DNA of 63,985 bases, counting the filler, from Octopus bimaculoides (Eukaryota): NCBI RefSeq assembly GCF_001194135.2. It is 4 parts of 4 records of this genome, joined end to end, with 100 filler letters (N's around TTAATTAATTAA, not from the genome) between each part and the next. Parts side by side here need not be neighbours in the genome. Positions count along the whole stretch, not along the records: positions 19,286 to 37,643 come from NC_068985.1; 3 more parts are not named here. The stretch is one strand, 5' to 3'. Shown one piece after another: positions 23,440-36,585 of the stretch. A program made the position numbers and the translations under genes. Positions within the stretch are counted from its first letter, which is position 1, and every line of letters starts with the position of its first letter. The notes beneath the pieces were generated by a model. The model made no database searches, was not told the DNA's origin, and worked only from the letters and a program-made list of their open reading frames with translations.

Positions 23440-23700
23440 ATGGAACAAAAAGGCAATAGAGGGCAATAAAACAACCGGACAGATAGACGTTACAAAGGCA
23501 GACAGGAGAAACAACAGTTAGAGGAACAGGAAAAATTTGGACGGGTCATTCGTGGCCTTCTTTCGTCAGTCAAGTTACCAGATGTCCTTACAGTTTCGAT
23601 GGTTGTTATATTTTTTGATAACATAATAAGGTTAGATAGGGTGATGTCTGTATTACAATACTGCAATAACCAATAATATGTTGTTCTACAGAATATACCA
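23440..23700 (-). mobile_element. Interspersed repeat, probably Penelope-like terminal-repeat fragment
   Basis: Homologous segments at ~48075-48260, ~51540-51830 and more weakly ~59740-59940. Confidence 0.5.
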
Positions 23701-24132
23701 ATAGATTTTTTGCCAAAATTATATGTTAAGACGAATGTAAACATTATGTCTATACGTACAATATTTTCGGGGACAAAAAAGAAGGAATAACAGTATATAC
23801 ATATTTCAACTTTGCTCAGAGTCCCGTCAGCAGCTGAACACCTTACTTAACTAGTCATGAACAAATGAAGTCTAAAACAACCGATATTAGTATTTAAAGT
23901 ATTCTGGCTAGACTAATTTGCATAATCAACACGTTCTGCAGTTAACAGTGTTAGTTAAGTCTAGTCGCTGACCACTTCAGTCAGTGACAGTGTCCGTAAC
24001 GCTGACAACATTCCTTTCACTGACATACAAAGTTGAATGTAAAATCTACTGACGATCTTTTTGACAGAGACGAAAATATCGAGTTGTTGCCACAGTTCAA
24101 TGATTGATAAATCTCCTCGTACCAAATCTAAT

Positions 24133-24358
24133 TTCTTTATTGCCCACAAGGGGCTAAACATAGAGGGGACAAACAAGGACAGACAAAAGTATTAAGTCGA
24201 TTACATCGACCCCACCCAGTGCGTAACTGGTACTTAATTTATCGACCCCGAAAGGCAAAGTCGACCTTGGCGGAATTTGAACTCAGAACGCAGTGGCAGA
24301 CGAAATACCGCTAAGCATTTCGCCCGGCGTGCTAACGTTTCTGCCAGCTCGCCGCCTT
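24133..24358 (-). mobile_element. SINE S1
   Basis: Near full match to 63414-63645. Confidence 0.9.
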
Positions 24359-25351
24359 CGTGAAAAAATATCCTCATACCATATCTGTACAGGACATTAT
24401 CACCACAACGAGGATCATCATCAGCAGCAGCATCAGCATCATCATCATCACCACTATCATCAGCAGCAGCAGTAGCAGCAGCCTCGTTATCATTTTATCC
24501 GTCCATTGTATTTGCGATGCAACGTCTCTGATATGAGTGACAGAGAAATTAACAAAGTCAGATTAAGATATTTCATCGGTTAAATATAAGTTTATTTCAA
24601 ATACTACCATGAGCTCTTGGATTAATCTTGGATTGCTCTTGGTTTACCCTTGCATTGCTCTTGGATTAGCAATTAGAAACCTGAGCATGCGACAAGATTC
24701 GAACGAGGAGTCCTTATTTCTAAATTAACAGCAGTAAGGAAACTAAGGGAAACTAAGTGAAACTAAATAAACTCACTGGATATCAGTTATTTTTGTTCAA
24801 CGATTACAATGCAATTTGAAAACAGACATTAAGACATTGATTGGTATAAAACAAACAATCTGATCTGGTACTATCCTTTTTAAAGCAATTACTACGCCCT
24901 TTTATCTGACAATACATATTATCGCCATAGATAAATCAGATTCCTTTTTAGTTCATACACTGCCTAACAACTAAAACTTTATCAAACATTACAATCAAAT
25001 TTTGTTTGCAATATATTTGTTAAACACTACAGGAATAGCAGCGATATGATAAAATACAATACAATGATCATATATTTAAACAGTTCGAGATATCGAATGA
25101 CTAAGCAAGCATGTACTCGTAGTTAAACAGGTTATCTTCTAGGTTGATAAAATTGATAAATGTGATTTCTTTCTAAATTTTTTGTCGTCACAAAATTCTT
25201 TTATTTCAAAGGAATGTGAAACTAGGACATTGATTTTTTTAATTTTTTTATCTCGAAGGACAGACAATAGTTAAACTTGCAACAATACGCTGGCTAAATT
25301 TACCAAGAGTTGACACTTTGCTCTCCACGGCTAGTCTGCGATTTTACACAG

Positions 25352-25427
<76 letters not shown>

Positions 25428-27869
25428 ACGTATCTGAGTGTCTGTGCGTGTGCATGTCTGTGTGCGTGTNNNNNNNNNNNNNNNNNNNNNNNNNNNNNNN
25501 NNNNNNNNNNNNNNNNNNNNNNNNNNNNNNNNNNNNNNNNNNNNNNNNNNNNNNNNNNNNNNNNNNNNNNNNNNNNNNNNNNNNNNNNNNNNNNNNNNNN
25601 NNNNNNNNNNNNNNNNNNNNNNNNNNNNNNNNNNNNNNNNNNNNNNNNNNNNNNNNNNNNNNNNNNNNNNNNNNNNNNNNNNNNNNNNNNNNNNNNNNNN
25701 NNNNNNNNNNNNNNNNNNNNNNNNNNNNNNNNNNNNNNNNNNNNNNNNNNNNNNNNNNNNNNNNNNNNNNNNNNNNNNNNNNNNNNNNNNNNNNNNNNNN
25801 NNNNNNNNNNNNNNNNNNNNNNNNNNTATATATATATATATGCATGTATGACTTTTCTTTGAGTTTTCTTTATATATGGTTGAATTAGTATGTTACTGGC
25901 ACTGTCTATGCAACAGCCATATTTGTGCATCTATTCATGTAAAAAACTTCTGATGGAGACGACCACGCGGTACAGTTTACTTCCAAGCACTGCTATAAAC
26001 AACGGAATTGAGCGATAACGTTATAGCTTAGCCTGCATGTGCGATAGAGTTTAATGTCAACAGCTTTCAAAACACGTGTAAAAATACTGCGCCAAGCGGT
26101 TTCACTCCATGTACTTTAGCTCCGTTACCATAGCAACAATCCCGATACTTTATGATAAGACCTCGAACTAAATCGGATACTGCTCTCCGGAACAAAGTGT
26201 TCTTATTATTATATTGATGTCGCTAGCTTCATAATTCATATGAGAATGTAGTCAATAATTGTAGAGAAGACAAATACCTTTGGAAACCTAAATAAGTCAT
26301 ATCTTATACAGTATTGAAAATGCTAAATGCTCGTCATTAATCATCGGTGATTTAGATATTGTGCAACAAAGGAAGTAATTTACAATACTTAGGGCTAGAT
26401 AAGAGAGAGCAGGAAGTACTGATACGGCCATGAATTCCATGGGCATCATCTCACCCGCTCAGCCACTCATCGCACCAACAGGAACACCAAGACATCGTTA
26501 TTACCTTGAACGATATAAAAATTCTGTTTCACTTTCTATGCAATATTTAATTCATTCTTTTTTTTTTCACCTCTTCTTTCTTTTCATTTGTAATGAATAG
26601 CTTTATTGTGAGAAGAAAACCTAGATTATGTGGAGCGGTTCGACTCCAATAATCTTCAGCAACATGGTTAGTACATAAAAATAGAAGTGATTATTCATTA
26701 TATAATATTAACCAAACAGTACAACAAAGCAGTTATTATATAATTTGTTGCTTTACCCTACTTACTCTTTCTTCAGCCATAATTATTTCACAGATAGTTT
26801 TTTTTTTTGTTTTTTTTTTCAAGCCGTCGTTGCTTTCTCTAATTTTGTTCTTAACTTTAGATTAAATAAAAAGAAATTCACCGTCGCTTTTGAAATGAAT
26901 TGCAGCACTGAATGCCATCTCAATATATGCGATGCAGTATTTTTACACGTGTTTGAAAGCTGTTGTTTGTGAAGTCTAACTGAGGCAGATTAACAGATGA
27001 ATCTTTGTTGTAAGGCAACTAAAGAGTGACTTTATTGACAGAGACTGTCATTTAGGTTCGAAGTAACCGTGCGTTGAGCATCGAGAATCCAAGCAGCTCT
27101 TTGAGGTCACCTTTAAAAATGTCATAAGTCCCTGATAGAAGCAGTGACCTCCCCCCACCCCATCCTAGAGCTACTATGAACATGCGATTATTATTGGCAG
27201 AACAGATCATTTGTCTTCGAAATAGTTGGCAGGAAATGGATTCACTGTTTTTGATATGATTAGACCATTCGGCGAATTCTTTTGTAGGCCCGACAGTCAA
27301 TCATTTCGATTACTCCCAGGGAACTTTAATTCTTGAGTTGTTGCTTTTTGCAAGTAATGCTTGAAGTGGTACCGCTCATTGTGGGTTCGATTCGTTCTAA
27401 GCCACTGATGTGGGTATTCGGCATTTAAGCTACAAGTGTGTGGTGGTATCACTGCACTTTTCTTTCAGAAAATGGAGGGTTTATTACTCCTCAGACGTAA
27501 TGTGATGTGATCTGAGCTGATCTTAATGACCGTTTGAGCACCACGATTCAAGTGGCAGTCAAGTACTCAACTGGCGAAGGGTATCGAACATGGAAATAAA
27601 CGATCTGTTTCAGTGCCATGGTATATCTTTTAGGATGTCTAACCCGAGTATTCGCTATCACCTATTGATTCGTTGCAGAAAAATTTAATCAGCGTTGTTA
27701 CTTCTCGCCCAATTTACTTTTACAAAGCTTTCAGGTATCTACGACGAAGTTGATCCTAAGAAGTTGGCGCAAAGTCTAATATGAAATATTGATGCAAAGG
27801 TAATTGCTACAAGTAACCACTGGAACCGGAACAGATGTATGTGGGCATTTAGGTGGGTAATTTGAACGG

Positions 27870-28498
27870 TTGTACCACCGAAATCAAGTTTTGACATACT
27901 ATTCATCTAATCCGGTTACACTAACTATTAAGAAGATTACACAAACTATTAAGAAGATCCGTGAAGTTACCCACCAACTGAAGAACAAAGTTCCGGAAAG
28001 ATATGGTCTACCTGGTGAGATTTTTAAAAGCTGCTTCCACATTTTGGCTACCTGGTTGCAGTATGCGATTACTGTAAAGAACAGAACCCCTTCCACGATA
28101 TTAGAGTGATTCAGTTCCCTTCTTTTCTTTAAGAAGGGCGATAGTAGCTCTTGCTGTGACTATTGGGATATTGGTTTGATAGGCACAGTAGACTAAATAT
28201 TCACTATCTTTCTACTGCACACATTTCAAAATGAGTGTGATCAACACTCTATCCAAACAGTTGCGGCGTTTGGCAGAACCGAGGCTCACTGATCAAATTT
28301 TCTCATTGAGAAGGTTTCTTAAACGGCGTTGAAACTACCAGCAGCAAACTATTATTTACTCTGTGAATTTAGTAGCAGACTTTAATTCTGTTGATTACAG
28401 CGCCTTCTGGGATATCTTGATCGGCGATGGCTTACCTATGAAACTGTTGAATCTAATCAGAACACACTTCACTTCTACAGAAGCAAAGGTTCGTTGAT
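27870..28498 (+). mobile_element. Degenerate RTE/L2-like LINE reverse transcriptase fragment
   Basis: IREVTHQLKNKVPERYGLPGEIFK..FKKGDSSSCCDYWDIGLI..VDYSAFWDILIGDGLPMKLLNLIR..TEAKVR with stops. Confidence 0.7.
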
Positions 28499-28953
28499 AA
28501 GACAAGGAATCTGAGTTATAAACGGAGAAGTATCTTATTTTACATTGTTTTAAACTGCCATCATGACGGGGCGTCGCCTTCGAGAATTTTAATCAATCCT
28601 ATCGAGCTCGGCACTTATTTCATTCCATTTTTATTTTATAGATATCTTTCTTGTATGAAATAAGTTAACTGAGTTTTGGTGTAATTATCCCATATACATT
28701 GACGTAGATAAACACACCTAAATATACCAGTACACACAACTACACACGCGCGTGCGCAGACATAAACTAAACTGTAAAAAATGAGGTTGATGACCGCTGC
28801 ATTAGATAATATATTCCTTCATAATATATTCCTTTTCTAAAAAGACGGAATGGTAAAGGCTGAAACACTTTTGATTATCTGAAGTATTTAAGTAAGATTG
28901 ATCGCTAAATAAACAACACCGTCAGCAATTACAGTAGCAACAACAGCAGCAGC

Positions 28954-29523
28954 GGATCTTTTTTAAAACGGGGGTCACATTTTTCATTAACGAAACACTT
29001 TGAAACTTGGAACACTGGTAGAATGTGTCATATAAAACATCTTTTTCTCTTAGTCTTCTTTAAAAAAAAAAAGAAATCCATAAGTTATTCCATGTTAAAG
29101 TTGTCGTATTTCTGTAATTTCAACCAATCACTGACGTCCATTCAGCCGATATACATTAAGTGCCAACTACATAAACAAACGATTCTGAAACAATTAACCC
29201 TAACCCTAACCCTAGGGTTAGGGTTAGGGTTAAAGCAAATTTAAAATGAAAAAAGCAAATAAAACGAAGGTATGGAGATTAAATACGCTTTACATCGCTT
29301 AATCAGCCAAAGGAGTAAATATAAACAACTGAATACTTGTCAGTGATTGGTTGAAATTATCGAAATAAGACAATATTTTACATGAAATAAATTCGAATAC
29401 AAAAATATTTTTCTGTTCTATAACACAAAATAGATAAGTATACGAAGTTTGAAAGTCTTTCCGTACCAAAAACACTACGTAAAACATTAATGAAAAATGT
29501 GGCCCCCGTTTTAAAATAGATCC
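28954..29523. mobile_element. Foldback/MITE (570 bp) with 37-bp TIRs and central telomeric palindrome
   Basis: TIRs 28954-28990 and 29487-29523 match at 35/37; internal 20-bp perfect IR; inserted in a (CAG)n run with flanking duplication. Confidence 0.88.
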
Positions 29524-29827
29524 GCAGCAGCAACAGAAACAGCAGCACTTAATTATCGGGGATATATTTAACTGATTTTATTAAACTCCAATCATACACA
29601 CCATACCTTCCATTTTTTCTTCACCCACCCCATTATTATTTACTCGCAGAAAGGCGGTGAGCTGGCAGAATCGTCAGCACGCCGAACAACAAGCGTAAAA
29701 CTGAATACCAGTGAAATACTGGGGTCGATGTAATTCACCAGTCTCTCTCCTCCTTCTCAAATTTCAGGCCATGTGCTTATAGTAGAAAGCATTATTTACT
29801 CAGAGATACTGAGATATATATATATAG

Positions 29828-29998
29828 ATGCTGGGGTGTCTGTGTGGTAACAAATTTCCTTCCCAACCACATGGTTCCGGTTTCATTCTACTGCGTGACA
29901 CCTTGAGCGAGTAACATCCACCATAACCTCAAGCCGTCCAAACCTTTTGGGGGGGATTTGGTAGACGGAAATTGAAAGACCGTCAGATGATTATATAT

Positions 29999-30095
<97 letters not shown>

Positions 30096-30643
30096 GGCAC
30101 GTGGCTTAGTGGTTAGGGTAATCGGCTCACGATCGTAAGGTGGTGAATTCAATTCCCGGCGACGCGTTGTGTCCTTGAGCAAGACACTTTATTTCACGTT
30201 GCTCCAGTCCACTCAGCTGGCAAAAATGAGTAGTACCTGTATTTCAAAGGGGCCAGCCTTACCATACTCTGTGTCATGCTGAATCGTCCCGAGAACTACG
30301 TTAAGGTTACACGTGTCTGTGGAGTGCTCAGCCACTTGCACGTTAATTTCACGAGCAGGCTGTTCCGATGATCGTATCAACAGGAACGCTCGTTGTCGTA
30401 ACCGACGGAGCGCCACGAAGATATATACATATATGTGTGTGTGTGTGTGTGTCATCCACTGCTTCACAACCGGTGTTGGTGTGATTATGTCCCCGTTAAT
30501 TAACAGTTCGGCAAAAAGATTTCGATAGAATTAGTATCAGGCTTTAAAAACAAATAAAGTCCTGATGTCGATCCATTCTATTAATTTCTTCCAGGTGGTA
30601 CCCCAGCATGGCCGCGGTCTAATGGCTGAAACAAGTAAAAGAT
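29828..30643 (+). mobile_element. SINE S2 split by a nested S4 SINE in its internal microsatellite
   Basis: Head 29828-29990, (GT)n, insert, then S2 tail ~30445-30643. Confidence 0.75.
30093..30415 (+). mobile_element. tRNA-derived CORE-containing SINE family S4
   Basis: A/B boxes (TGGCTTAGTGG; GAATTCAATTCC), TGTCCTTGAGCAAGACACTT core. Confidence 0.82.
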
Positions 30644-30724
30644 ATGGAAAAAAAACAATTAGAAAATAAAAGATACTTTTCTGAAACTGTGTGTGTGTGC
30701 ATGTGCGTTTTAAATATTCTTCTG

Positions 30725-30913
30725 CGGTCATGCTGGAGTACCGCCTTTAGTCGAACAAATCGACCCCAGAATTTATTCTTTGTAAGCCTAGTACTTATTT
30801 TATCGGTCCTCTGCCAAATCGCTAAGTTACGGGGACGTAAACACACCAACATCGGTTGTCAAGCGATGGTGGGGGACAAACACAGCACACAAACATATAC
30901 AAACACACACACT

Positions 30914-30951
<38 letters not shown>

Positions 30952-31092
30952 CGACGCGCTCCTTTCAGCTTCCGTCTACCAAATCTCCTCGCAAGACTTT
31001 GGTCGGCCCAAGGCTATAGTAGAAGACACGTGCCCAAGGTGCAGTATGACTGGACGTCCAGTACCATGTGGTTGGTAAGCAAGCTACTTACC
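30725..31092 (-). mobile_element. SINE S2, full length
   Basis: Head GGCGCAGGAGTGGCTGTGTGGTAAG through tail on minus strand. Confidence 0.88.
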
Positions 31093-31984
31093 ACACAGCC
31101 ACTCCTGCGCCTATATCAATAATTTCTAAAATAGAGCGTGATATCTGATTAAATCTCAAAGTCCAAAGTCCTTCGTATTCAACTGATTGGTGAACATTAG
31201 ACCAGCGCATAATTTGTTGATATAAGATTAACCTAAAAGTCAACAATTCAATGAAATAAAGTTAAAATTCCTGTCGAGGAGTGAAGACGGCTCATTATAT
31301 AGCTTCATGAAAACCTGTCTTACGTTGGAAAGGCTGTGTAACTAAAGAAAGCCATCATGAAAATAGGCTCGACAGGTGAAGCTAGCTCAAGATGGCTGCG
31401 TTTGATAAGAGACAGCAAGTGGAACCCTTCCGTGGGTGAAAACTAGCTCACTCCCCGCTATCCTTCACAAGTGAAGAGTACAAGCAAAGGGGCGAAATGC
31501 TTGTGACCCTGAGACGATGCGGCAGCGTTTCCAGCATTGTAACTGGTTTAACTGTGTTCTTTATGAATATTATTTTGGCTTAATTATCAGTTAATCACTG
31601 ACTCTATGCAATCGTTCCCACCCCACCTAAAAACTTCAGGCATTGTGTTTATAATAGAAAGCATTATTTTAGTTATCGAATGGAGAGAAAGAAATTGGCT
31701 GAATCGCAAGAGAGGCAGGTGAAATGGTTTCCAGTATTTTTCCGGCTCTTTATGTTCTGGATTCAAAATCTACTTGCATTTCATCTTTTCAAGCTTGGTA
31801 AGATAAAGACCAGCCAAGTATGGGATCGATAATATTGATTAACTCCTATCAATCAAAAATGTTAACTTTGTACCTAAACCGAAAACAATTATTTTAGCAA
31901 CCAATAAGATCGGTTGACTGTTAGTATCGTTTAAGCGACAAAAAATATCAAAAGGATTTTGTTCAGAATCTTTACGTTCGAAAT

Positions 31985-32403
31985 TCTTATTTCTCTATTG
32001 CCCACAAGGGGCTAAACATAGAAGGGACAAACAAGGACAGAGGAAGGGATTAAGTCGATTACATCGACTCCAGTGCGTAACTGGTACTTAATTTATCGAC
32101 CCCGAAAGGATGAAAGGCAAAGTCGACCTCGGCGGAATTTGAGCTCAGAACGTAATAGCAGACGAAATACCTATTTCTTTACTAACCACAAGGGGCTACA
32201 CACAGAGGGGACAAACAAGGACAGACAAACGGATTAAGTCGATTATATCGACCCCAGTACGTAACTGGTACTTAATTTATCGACCCCGAGAGGATGAAAG
32301 GCAAAGTCGACCTCGGCGGAATTTGAACTCAGAACGCAGTGGCAGGCGAAATACCGCTAAGCATTTCGCCTGGCGTGCTAACGATTCTGCCAGCTCGCCG
32401 CCT
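31985..32403 (-). mobile_element. SINE S1 head-to-tail dimer
   Basis: One head followed by two body/tail units. Confidence 0.88.
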
Positions 32404-32633
32404 TAAGTTCGAATCACACCCAGGTCAACTTTGTCTTTCATCCCTCGGCGGTCGATAAAATAAAGTGCTAGTCAATTACTGACGTCAGCGGTATTGATTA
32501 AACCCTCTCACTCAAACTTGCTCGCCTTGTGCCTATATTAGGAAGAATAACTTGTACGAAGCAATTAAGCATGCAAAGAAATTTTTGTTGCTAACAAGAT
32601 TTAAACTGGGGTGTTCTTCCGAAAATTAAACTA

Positions 32634-32800
32634 CCGTATTTTAACCTGTAAAAGGAACCCCCTAACATTTTAGGCTTAAAATTTGTAAAAAAAGTTTTGT
32701 AAAGGATCGTAATACTATCCAATTATAAGATACTCCCATGTGTTTTTAACCTGATATTTTACAACAAAAAAAGGGGTTCCTTATAGATGTTAAAATACGG
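32634..32800. mobile_element. pogo/Tc1-mariner-type MITE (167 bp)
   Basis: TIRs CCGTATTTTAAC...AAGGAACCCC at both ends; TA on both flanks. Confidence 0.85.
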
Positions 32801-33703
32801 TATATAAATTTCGTTTTTCTTCATCTCTGTACAAGACGCTCTTAGCAGAATTGGTTGAGCGCTGGACAAGAGGCATTTTCGCTGTAACATTCAAGTCCTA
32901 CTTGAATCAGCTCTGATGTTTCCTAGTTTTGAATTGATGAATTATGTGGAAAATTACCAGTTAAGTATTCGGATGGTTGAATTTGACTCCCCACACCCAT
33001 GACAGGATGAGATCTTGTATCGTTGCTCTATTAATAAATATTAGTTAGCATCTTTACTATAAGATTTTGATATCAAAGATAAGGTAAAATGGTGAGAAGG
33101 TGGATTGGCACACTGATGTTCCTCTATAGAACATTTGGTTCTTCTTCATTCTGTGATAAAATTATTGGTTGTAATTTACAGTCTTCTGTGTCGGTAGATA
33201 GGATAAATATGGATAATGTGCGGGTGGATTTGCTTAATGCATAGGAGGATACAGAGAGCAGATACTGTGAAGCCCTACGCAATGGAGACACTCATGCGGG
33301 CGAAAACTTCGGTCAGATAAAGAATTTTCAAAACTCAAGGAGAGAGAGAGAGAGAGACAGACAGAGAGACAGAGAGAGACAGACAGAGAGACAGAGAGAG
33401 ACAGAGAGAGTCTGATCTTGCGGGATAGTGGACTCGTATGCAGTAGGTCAACATTTCAAGTAACAGCGAGATATTTGGAAACAGGGAGGGTTATGTCCAT
33501 TAAATAAGGTACTGAGAAAGGTTAATATAAAGGGAATACTAAAAATTGAATATAAGCTTTTCCATATAAAACGTTCTTTTATGTAAATAGAAAAAAGTAA
33601 TGTGCGACTCATTAATTCTATTTCTCTGTAATCGATCTGTTATTTTCCTACGTAGGAACATAAAATTCTACCGAATTAAATAATGAATTACTAATTTAAC
33701 ATG

Positions 33704-34002
33704 TGTGGAGGCGCAATGGCCCAGTGGTTAGGGCAGCGGACTCGCGGTCGGTGAATCGCGAATTCGATTCCCAGACAGAACGTTGTGAGTGTTTATTGAG
33801 CGAAAACACCTAAGCTCCACGTGGCTCCGGCAGGTGGTGGAGGCGACCCCTGTTGTACTCTTTTGCCCCAACTTTCTCTCACTCTTTCTTCCTGTTTCTT
33901 GAGTAACGCTGCGATGGACTGGCGTCCCATCCAGCTGGGAACACATACGCCATAGAAACCGGGAAACCGGGCTCATGAGCCTGGCTAGGCTTTGAAAGGG
34001 TG
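33704..34002 (+). mobile_element. SINE S3
   Basis: Homologous along its whole length to 6616-6936. Confidence 0.88.
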
Positions 34003-34425
34003 ACGAAATTTAGCATGTAAGTTATTTATTTATATGACTCTTTCTATGAAAATTGCGTTCTGGCAGAATCGCTTCAATGCCGGATAAAATGCTTAGCGGC
34101 ATTTATTCCGACTCTTCACAATAGCCAAATGCCGCAAGGGTTGATTTTGCCTTCCAGGGTTGATAAAATAAGAAACGATTGTGGATTGTTGTCAATATAA
34201 TCGACTTTCCCCTCCTCTCAAAATTGCTGACTTGGTGCCAAATTTAAAAAAAAAACTCTTCATATGATACCGATATAGATTACAGGTATGGTAAAGATTA
34301 ATGGTATGGCAGGTATAGTCGGGTTTCGACTAATGTTCCTCCTTAAAAAGCATTTAATTTCTCTCCGTTTCTGTGATAAAATTACACACACACACACACA
34401 CACATGTATATATATATACACACAT

Positions 34426-34470
<45 letters not shown>

Positions 34471-34587
34471 NNNNNNNNNNNNNNNNNNNNNNNNNNNNNN
34501 NNNNNNNNNNNNNNNNNNNNNNNNNNNNNNNNNNNNNNNNNNNNNNNNNNNNNNNNNNNNNNNNNNNNNNNNNNNNNNNNNNNNNNN

Positions 34588-34626
<39 letters not shown>

Positions 34627-35309
34627 AATCATGAAAATCTTTCATCTGGCTGAAGTTAGCACCAGTATTTTACAGAATTTAGGCAATACATCTCTTGCTT
34701 CCCTTTCAAATCACCTGTACTTGTCCCCGATCAAAAGACAAACTCTATGTTACTGCAACTATGACGGTATTTAGAAAATTGTAGAAATTTACTTTCCGAT
34801 GAGCCTAGTTCTCAGAGCTGGTTTCCGAACCTCTGTTGGAAATTATGTGAACGTTGTACAGTCTCATCTCACCTATTCAGACGTTTCCAGAAAATTCCTC
34901 CTAAACATTTTTACTGTGGGAAAATTTGCTGTAGCAAGACAACTAAATTTTGAGGTACTTGTACCATTCATTATATATTGAAGTGTTGTAAACTTGTACG
35001 GTCAGCTCCTCTGTGATCCATTGTCGAAAAGACAGCTGAATGGAAATACCAATGAATCGTATAAAAACAAAAATCTTGATCAAACACTTGAAGGGTAGAA
35101 CATTGTTATATTGCTTCCCTTTTGTGGGAGACTAAATTCAGGGATCTTGGGTAAACATTGGCTGTTTGAACGTTGGGTATGGTACACGAAAAGATAGCCG
35201 TTGTGATGATAGAGTCGCAAAAAGGACGAGATATTTCATTGAAACCTGGATGAGAAAAGTTGTTAACGCTGAATAAATTCCAGTCGAAAACATCACTTTT
35301 TTTTCTTAA

Positions 35310-35922
35310 CCCATTAAGTCTCACTCTCCTATAAATAGGACACTAAATGAAAACATTAAATAAGCTATATTACACTGTTTCAGTGTCCTATTTATAGGAC
35401 ACTGAGTATTTCCATTTCTACTTGAAGTAAAGGAGTTTTAATAATTAAATTTTTTTCGTTTTAACCTATTTTCAACCATCTGTGAAAATTTAAAAGTAAT
35501 ACTCTTTTACTTTTTTACTCTTTTACTTGTTTCAGTCATTTGACAGCGGCCATGCTGGAGCACCGCCTTTAGTCGAGCAAATCGACCCCAGGACTTATTC
35601 TTTGTAAGCCTAGTACTTATTCTATCGGTCTCTTTCGCGGAACCGCTAAGTTACGGGGACGTAAACACACCAGCATCGTTTGTCAAGTGATGTTGGGGGG
35701 ACAAACACAGACACACAAACACACATATATATATATATATACATATACATGTATACGACGGGCTTCTTTCAGTTTCCGTCTACCAAATCCACTCACAAGG
35801 CTTTGGTAGGCCCGAGGCTATAGTAGAAGACACTTGCCCAAGGTTCCATGCAGTGGGACTGAACCCAGAACCATGTGGTTGGTAAGCAAGCTAGAAATTT
35901 AAGTACTCTGGGACTTAATGGG
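35310..35922. mobile_element. piggyBac-like MITE containing a nested S2 SINE
   Basis: TTAA|CCCATTAAGTC ... GACTTAATGGG|TTAA; subterminal 18-bp inverted repeat 35327-35344 / 35382-35399. Confidence 0.82.
35502..35893 (-). mobile_element. SINE S2 (slightly 5'-truncated)
   Basis: CORE CCTTGGGCAAGTGTCTTCTACTATAGCC, internal (TA)/(TG), tail AAGGCGGTGCTCCAGCATGGCCGC..GAAACAAGTAAAAG. Confidence 0.9.
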
Positions 35923-36585
35923 TTAATATTGGCGAGAAAATAATGATGACCACAATTATCCATTTTAACTTTCTAAACATGACACTTTTAGGTTTGCTGA
36001 GATTAAATTATAAGGTTTGTTTGCGAAACGCCAAAAAATGCAGAAGCAAATGAACGAGATAAACTGGAATAATAATAAAGTTCGGTGTGGGGGCTGCAAT
36101 TTATAATGCGAGGACAAAACTTTCTCAAAAATATTCATAATTATGGCTACTAATGAGATTAAATAGAAAATAATTTCTAAGTAAAGCCACAGCATATTTG
36201 CAATTATATACATACTCCACACAGAGACAAATACGGTCGTACATATGTAAATGTAGGTATTTATGAGACGTTTTTACATAAGTATGATGGCTTAGTTCCA
36301 TAGAGTAAAACATCACGAATTGTTTCCATAGTTCTCGAAGTGTCATTAATGGTATATGAGCACTGATACCCATAGCTCATTGAAACCAGGCTTCAAACAT
36401 AAATTTAGAGGTGCTCACATCTAATCACACACGTGATTAGATGTGAACATTTCTATAAATGATGGTTTTCAAGTTTCCCAGTACTGTGTCTCACACTATG
36501 ATTTAAGAACCACCTTCGGCGGCACATGTGAACAAGCACGAGGCAAACAGTAGCAAGTGAAGAAGTGGCAATATATTACCATTGA

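Noticed and set aside
23520-23620. Repeat family with CGAAA ~25 nt before CTGANGA and GAATGAC(C/T)CGT after it (also ~48200, ~51690, ~59850) as a hammerhead
   Set aside because: Stems I and III cannot be formed consistently across copies, and the downstream box is GAAT rather than GAAA.
29194-29233. Telomeric repeats as a chromosome-fusion scar
   Set aside because: Only three units per side, centred inside a TIR-bounded element.
35106-36400. Minus-strand peptide-like reads near 35250 and 36400
   Set aside because: No family similarity and inconsistent splice phases.
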